Below, piece by piece: positions 58,096 through 62,120 of a DNA stretch of 62,120 bases. The translations under genes were made by a program, and so were the position numbers. A model generated the notes under the pieces. The model searched no databases, was not told the origin of the DNA, and was given only the letters and a program-made list of their open reading frames with translations. Source of the DNA: an uncultured Clostridia bacterium (GTDB lineage Bacteria; Bacillota; Clostridia; Christensenellales; Borkfalkiaceae); the NCBI GenBank assembly GCA_947589555.1, contig CANQAZ010000001.1:1-62120 (forward strand). Reading direction: 5' to 3'. Each line of letters starts with the position of its first letter. Within the stretch, counting starts at the first letter, position 1.

Positions 58096-58918
58096 TTCCG
58101 TCCTCCCCGAGGACCGCCCCCACCTTTCCGAGCCCGTCCAACAAGACATACCGCCGGAAGAGTTTTTCGGGAACGTCCTCGTACCGTTTCAGATGCGCGG
58201 AAGCGAGCACCGCAATGCCGCTTTCCGCCGCGCGCCGCACCGCCGCATAGTCCTCGGGCAGAAGTTCGTCCGTCACGATGACGTCGGGCCGCATGGCGCG
58301 GATGCCCGCCGTGAAGGCCGTCAATTTGTCCGCAAAGCGGATGACGTCGGCCGTCTCCCCCAAATCGCCCGCGGAAAGTTCCCCGCGCTCGTCGCTCACG
58401 AGCACGTTTTTCTTCGTCCGCAGGCAGACGAGGCGGCATAGATCGCGCAAAAGCGTCGTTTTGCCCTCACCGGGCGGCGCAAGAAGCAGTACGGATTGTA
58501 CGCCGCCTTGAAAACAGGCGGAATAGATCTCTTCGGCGCAACCTTCGATGGCATGCGGGATGCGGATGCAGAGCGATGTGACGCCGCGGACAGCGAGCAC
58601 CCCCTTTTCATCATAGACGTAGGCGCCCGCAATTCCGACGCGTTCCCCCTCTCTCGCCGTCACAAAACCGCGCCGCAGTTGGTTTTCCACGGCATAAACG
58701 GAATATTCGCTCGCCGCGAACAGCGTCTCTTCCACCTCGGCTTGTGTGGGCACGAGGGCGCTTTTTTCTTCGCAGAAGCCGCATTCGCCCAACCAAACGA
58801 ATTTTCCGTTGAAATTGGCCCGCAACGGCTTGTCCGCGCGGACGCGCAACTCGTAGAGCAAATTGCAGTTGACGTGCCGAAGCGCCGATTGAAGCCGCGG
58901 CGGCAAAAATTCCAGCAT
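58082..58918 (-). CDS. spoIIIAA: Stage III sporulation protein AA (AAA-type ATPase)
   Basis: LYELRVRADKPL, Walker A LLLAPPGEGKTTLLRD and Walker B DVIVTDEL. Confidence 0.9.
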   Translation of the reverse strand: MLEFLPPRLQSALRHVNCNLLYELRVRADKPLRANFNGKFVWLGECGFCEEKSALVPTQAEVEETLFAASEYSVYAVENQLRRGFVTAREGERVGIAGAYVYDEKGVLAVRGVTSLCIRIPHAIEGCAEEIYSACFQGGVQSVLLLAPPGEGKTTLLRDLCRLVCLRTKKNVLVSDERGELSAGDLGETADVIRFADKLTAFTAGIRAMRPDVIVTDELLPEDYAAVRRAAESGIAVLASAHLKRYEDVPEKLFRRYVLLDGLGKVGAVLGEDGNVVA

Positions 58919-58925
58919 TTGCTCT

Positions 58926-58953
58926 ATTCTATGGGACGAGCCGCAAAATTATG
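58926..58953 (-). promoter_or_regulatory. Sigma-E-type promoter of the spoIIIA operon (CATAAT-N14-CATAGAAT)
   Basis: On the minus strand the -35-like aCATAAT is at 58953-58948, followed by a 14-nt spacer and the -10-like CATAGAAT at 58933-58926. This compares with the B. subtilis sigma-E consensus xHATAxx-N14-CATACAhT. Confidence 0.55.
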
Positions 58954-58962
58954 TTTTGGCGC

Positions 58963-58995
58963 AAAAGAAAAGGCCACCGGCATTTCCGATGGACC
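58963..58995 (-). terminator. Imperfect hairpin plus TTTTCTTTT after the GH51 gene
   Basis: On the minus strand: GGTCCATCGG-AAATG-CCGGTGGCC (2 mismatches) followed by TTTTCTTTT. Confidence 0.5.
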
Positions 58996-59014
58996 TCATT
59001 TTGTTGCTTTTTTG

Positions 59015-61618
59015 TTATTCGATGACAAACACGCTGACGCTGTTATTTTTGATGGTCGCTTTGAGTTCGTTCCCTTCAATCGCGATCTCGCTCTCAGTGG
59101 GCTCAATGTTCATCTTTTTGCCCGCTTTTACGTTGATTTCGTTGATGGCGGTCACATCTTCGTTCCAAAGTGTGGTGACGTGCGCGCGGGTCTTTTGGCC
59201 GAAGCCGACGATGCTCGCCTTTATCCTCTCGTTTTTGCCCGAAACGTTGACCACTTTGAGGTAAATTTTGCCGTCAGCGCCGACCGTCGCGCTTTGGAAC
59301 ACGCGCTCGTTGACCTTCCAGACGTGCTTGTAGAGCACTTCGTGCCACGCCCCGTCCTTCCAAATGGAAGCCTTGAATTCCTTGCGGGTGTAGGTGAGAC
59401 GCAAGATGTTCCCCTCGGGAGAATAGCCGAGGAATTTATCCTTGCCCATCATCTCGCAGACGGTGCGCATAAAGTCCACCCGCTTATCGAAGGAGACGTC
59501 ATAGCCCTTGTGATTCTTCCCGTACTGGCAACAGACGGAAAATCCCGCGCTGTCCATCGTGCCCGCATCGCGCACGTCGGCAACGCCCACGCCGCCGATG
59601 AAACTTTGTTCGCCCGAAAGACGGCGGAAGGAGATCTCCACTTCGCAGTTGCCGAATTTCTGCGCATCGTAATAGAAGCCGTTAAAGGCGTCGCTTTCCT
59701 CGATGATGAGTTCGCCGTTCTCGATGTGGCCGCCGTAGCAGTTGGGATAGACCTTCCAATCCCCCAAGCCGTCCTTGAAATCATGCTCGTAGAGCACCTT
59801 TCCCGACTTGATATCCTTGACCACAACGCGTGAAACGGCGCTGGCCGTGCGGTGGCCGCCGATGAGAAGCCCGCCCGCATTCTCTTCGTTGACGGGCGCA
59901 ACGTCCGTCAGCGTGTAATCGCCCGTGTTGCCCGCGAACATCTGTTGTACGTAATAGTTGGGGGTGAGCATCACGTCGCGCGCGTTGAACCAAATCATGT
60001 TGGGGGTCCAACTGTAATGATAGGTCGAGGCAAAGAGCGGCGCATAGCAGGTCATCTTGACGACGTCGGAGTTGCGCTCGCACCCCGTGAGGAAGGCCGC
60101 TTCGGCGAGCGCAGACTTCAAATTGTTGTCGCCGTTGAGCCTCCCGCGGCCGTCCGCCATCGTGTGCATGGCGTACTCGCCCATGAAAACTTTCGCGCCG
60201 CCGCGGTCGTAATAATCGTACCGCTTCGTATTGTCGATGAACCATTGATAGGAATTATAGACGTGCTCGTCTACGATCATATCGCGGTATTTTTCGTTGA
60301 TGGTCTTCCACGATTCGTTGGAATCCTGCGGGCGGATATCCACGCCCGCGCTCGTCACGATGGTGATATCGAAGCGCTTCAAAAGGTCGGTCATCCTGCC
60401 GTTGTACATGTACTGGCGCACGCCCAAAAGGCAGGAGGCAAAATTATCAAAGTACTCGTAACCCCAATTTTCGTTGCCGATGCCGATGTATTTGAGTTCG
60501 AAGGGCTCGGGGTGCCCCATATCGGCGCGCACCTTTGCCCAATAGGATTCGTTGCGGTCGGGCGAGGCGATGTCCCCCTTTGCAAAATAGATGAGGTCGG
60601 CAACGTTATCGATAACTTCGGTCTGGAATTTTTCCGTCCCGGGGACGATGCGCTGGTACCCCGTTTTGCGCTGTTCGCCCATGCGGATCTGGCAGAGAAG
60701 CCCGCAGGGGAGCACGGGGAGCGGGGTCATGCCGAGGTCCTCGCAGAGGGCAAAATATTCGTAAAAGCCGATGCCGTAGGACTGCATATACCGCCAAAGG
60801 TTGGGGATCTGCTTCCGTTGTTCGAGCGGGCCGACCGTATTGCGCCATTTATATTGATATTCGAAGGAAACGTCGCCTTCGACGACGCAACCGCCCGGGA
60901 AGCGCATGAAGGACGGATGGCAGGCCTTCAATGCCTCGACGATGCGGGGAGAAAACTTTCCGTTGCGGTATTTATCGGGGTCGCCCCACGTCTTGGAAGG
61001 CAGAAGGGAGACGTAATCGATCCCGATTTCGCCGTTGCCTTCGAATTTGATGCAAAGGCGGCCCATCGTATCCTTTTCGGCAACGACGGAGGCGGAAACT
61101 TTGATCCAATCGCCGTCCGTCCCCTCGGGAATTTTGATTTCCCCGATCGTCGTATGACGGCCGTGCGCTCCGCGGATGTACACTTTGGCCACGCCCTTGA
61201 AGCCGAGGCGCTTCACCCACATGGAAAAATGGTAGGTTTCGCCGTTTTCCACGGGCATGCCGTACATATCGTAACCGCCCGCGCAGTAATAGCCGGGATT
61301 TTCAAGATGATAGACGCCGCCGACGTTCAACAGGAGATAACTGGGATTATTTTCGTTCATCCCCCCCTTCGTCGAGATTTTTCGCGGGCCTGCGCCGTAG
61401 ATATCCCAATAAAAATTCTTGGCGCGGCGGACTTCGACCGCGCTTTCGCAATCATAGTCGTCGTAGGTAAAATAACCGTATTCGAAGGAATTGTTGATGA
61501 CCATTTCGGCGTTCAAACCGCCATCGGCCGCTTGGTTGATGTCCTCGAAAAAGATGCCGTAGAGGTGTTTGGAAACATCGACACCCCTCTTTTTCGCATC
61601 CAACGTGTAACGAATCAT
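59015..61618 (-). CDS. Alpha-L-arabinofuranosidase, GH51 family (large multi-domain form)
   Basis: MIRYTLDAKK...HLYGIFFEDINQAADGGLNAEMVINNSFE is the N-terminal beta-sandwich typical of long GH51 enzymes. YIGIGNENWG is the GNE acid/base motif. There is an extra ~250-aa C-terminal region. Start is the ATG at 61618. Confidence 0.8.
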   Translation of the reverse strand: MIRYTLDAKKRGVDVSKHLYGIFFEDINQAADGGLNAEMVINNSFEYGYFTYDDYDCESAVEVRRAKNFYWDIYGAGPRKISTKGGMNENNPSYLLLNVGGVYHLENPGYYCAGGYDMYGMPVENGETYHFSMWVKRLGFKGVAKVYIRGAHGRHTTIGEIKIPEGTDGDWIKVSASVVAEKDTMGRLCIKFEGNGEIGIDYVSLLPSKTWGDPDKYRNGKFSPRIVEALKACHPSFMRFPGGCVVEGDVSFEYQYKWRNTVGPLEQRKQIPNLWRYMQSYGIGFYEYFALCEDLGMTPLPVLPCGLLCQIRMGEQRKTGYQRIVPGTEKFQTEVIDNVADLIYFAKGDIASPDRNESYWAKVRADMGHPEPFELKYIGIGNENWGYEYFDNFASCLLGVRQYMYNGRMTDLLKRFDITIVTSAGVDIRPQDSNESWKTINEKYRDMIVDEHVYNSYQWFIDNTKRYDYYDRGGAKVFMGEYAMHTMADGRGRLNGDNNLKSALAEAAFLTGCERNSDVVKMTCYAPLFASTYHYSWTPNMIWFNARDVMLTPNYYVQQMFAGNTGDYTLTDVAPVNEENAGGLLIGGHRTASAVSRVVVKDIKSGKVLYEHDFKDGLGDWKVYPNCYGGHIENGELIIEESDAFNGFYYDAQKFGNCEVEISFRRLSGEQSFIGGVGVADVRDAGTMDSAGFSVCCQYGKNHKGYDVSFDKRVDFMRTVCEMMGKDKFLGYSPEGNILRLTYTRKEFKASIWKDGAWHEVLYKHVWKVNERVFQSATVGADGKIYLKVVNVSGKNERIKASIVGFGQKTRAHVTTLWNEDVTAINEINVKAGKKMNIEPTESEIAIEGNELKATIKNNSVSVFVIE

Positions 61619-61662
61619 AAATACTCCTTGCCCGCCCCCCACGGCGGAAATATTACGGCAAC

Positions 61663-61691
61663 ATTATATCAACGAATCACCGTTTCGTCAA
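61663..61691 (-). promoter_or_regulatory. Promoter TTGACG-N17-TATAAT of the GH51 gene
   Basis: On the minus strand TTGACG is at 61691-61686 and TATAAT at 61668-61663. Confidence 0.55.
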
Positions 61692-61754
61692 TCGTTTGAA
61701 AAAACATTCCGGATATGATTTTCGCGGGGAATTTGTTGAGGGACTCGTACTATT

Positions 61755-61769
61755 CGGCGACAGGAGTTG
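61755..61769 (+). repeat. Direct repeat of the tRNA-Leu 3' region (CGG-CGACAGGAGTTG), att-like
   Basis: The 12-nt string CGACAGGAGTTG at 61758-61769 is identical to 62058-62069 inside the tRNA-Leu gene, exactly 300 bp away and in the same orientation. Confidence 0.6.
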
Positions 61770-61890
61770 CGCCGCCTCTCGATGCGTTCGTTAAAGCCCA
61801 AGCATCCGCCAAATTGCCAAGTCGATTTTTCGCCCGTTCGGACTTGATTGTGTGCGCTTCTATGGTATATCTTTATTAAAGGAGAACGGA

Positions 61891-61995
61891 ATGGAAGATA
61901 AAAAGATATTACTTGATAATATTGACAAAATTCATACAACTGAGATGGGAGTCGATAGAATTAGAAAAAACCTAAAAATAAATACAGTAATATAG
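61891..61995 (+). pseudogene. Truncated DUF3781-like ORF fragment (34 codons) in an AT-rich patch
   Basis: An AAAGGAG RBS precedes ATG...MEDKKILLDNIDKIHTTEMGVDRIRKNLKINTVI*. The LxNxDKIHTTExGxxRIxKNL pattern matches my memory of DUF3781 N-termini, and full-length members are roughly 2-3 times longer. It is too short for the ORF track. Confidence 0.5.
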
Positions 61996-62048
61996 CAAAA
62001 TAGCCCGAACGTTCTCTTTACGAAAAAGAAGTTCAAGCTATTAGGACT

Positions 62049-62120
62049 TGGTGCGGTCGACAGGAGTTGAACCTGCACGGTCATCCCACAAGATCCTTAG
62101 TCTTGCGCGTCTGCCAATTC
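62049..62120 (-). tRNA. tRNA-Leu (hand-folded anticodon AAG), 5' end cut by window edge
   Basis: The minus strand reads ...GAATTGGCAGACGCG CAAGA-CTAAGGA-TCTTG TGGGATGACCGT GCAGG-TTCAACT-CCTGT CGACCGC-A-CCA. It has a long variable arm and a Leu-type D-loop. The anticodon loop CTAAGGA gives the anticodon AAG. Confidence 0.75.

Noticed and set aside
61688-61939. 83-aa minus-strand ORF in the GH51 upstream / island region.
   Set aside because: It has no RBS. It crosses the att-like repeat and the GC/AT composition boundary, and its translation has no recognisable features.

Overview
This is a 62.1-kb chromosomal segment from a GC-rich, endospore-forming Firmicute with Clostridia-like gene content and synteny. 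The left ~37.5 kb is almost entirely plus-strand: dCMP deaminase, ppiB, purB, a small-ORF/dinB pair, tRNA-Trp, proC, rnhA, a TVP38 membrane protein, a five-gene Na+-pump decarboxylase / transcarboxylase-like cluster, a BaiN-like flavoprotein, the aroH-cmk/plsC/ispH-S1 operon, htpG, csp, murC, the glgB-C-D-A-P-GH13 glycogen operon, a tyrosine recombinase with hflX, and lexA. Only groESL and spoVG are minus-strand there. The right ~24.5 kb is entirely minus-strand: rluB, dacB, ytfJ/DUF2953, scpBA, lysA, dacF-like, spoIIM-like, spoIVB, recN, argR, nadK, tlyA, dxs, ispA, folD, nusB, asp23, spoIIIAH-AA and a GH51 arabinofuranosidase. A partial tRNA-Leu with a small AT-rich island remnant lies at the right edge. 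I found no CRISPR array, IS/transposase or recognisable defence genes. The most unusual signal is not a gene. It is a ~28-nt AT-rich composite-palindrome motif (TTTTRCATAGTAYTAYG-N4-GRCATAAT) present six times. Three copies are plus-oriented on the left and three minus-oriented on the right. Four sit between a stop codon and the terminator hairpin, and two are embedded in frame inside dxs and spoIIIAE. The polarity flips where gene orientation converges (~37.56 kb), a few kb from a tyrosine recombinase gene. I cannot assign a known function; the candidates are Ter-like or polar chromosome sequences, recombinase or operator sites, or a 3'-UTR RNA element. Other points are recurrent TATAAT-N5..7-ATG (leaderless-type) gene starts, a hybrid decarboxylase/transcarboxylase cluster with a catalytically degenerate-looking carboxyltransferase, an AroH-Cmk fusion and a small ORF translationally coupled to dinB. 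Also noted are a Cys-rich micro-protein divergent from lexA, structured noncoding gaps (a G4/hairpin, a long GC hairpin, an A-rich palindromic region) and a tRNA-Leu that hand-folds with an AAG anticodon. All coordinates and alignments were derived by hand from the sequence and the ORF track. No database search was possible.
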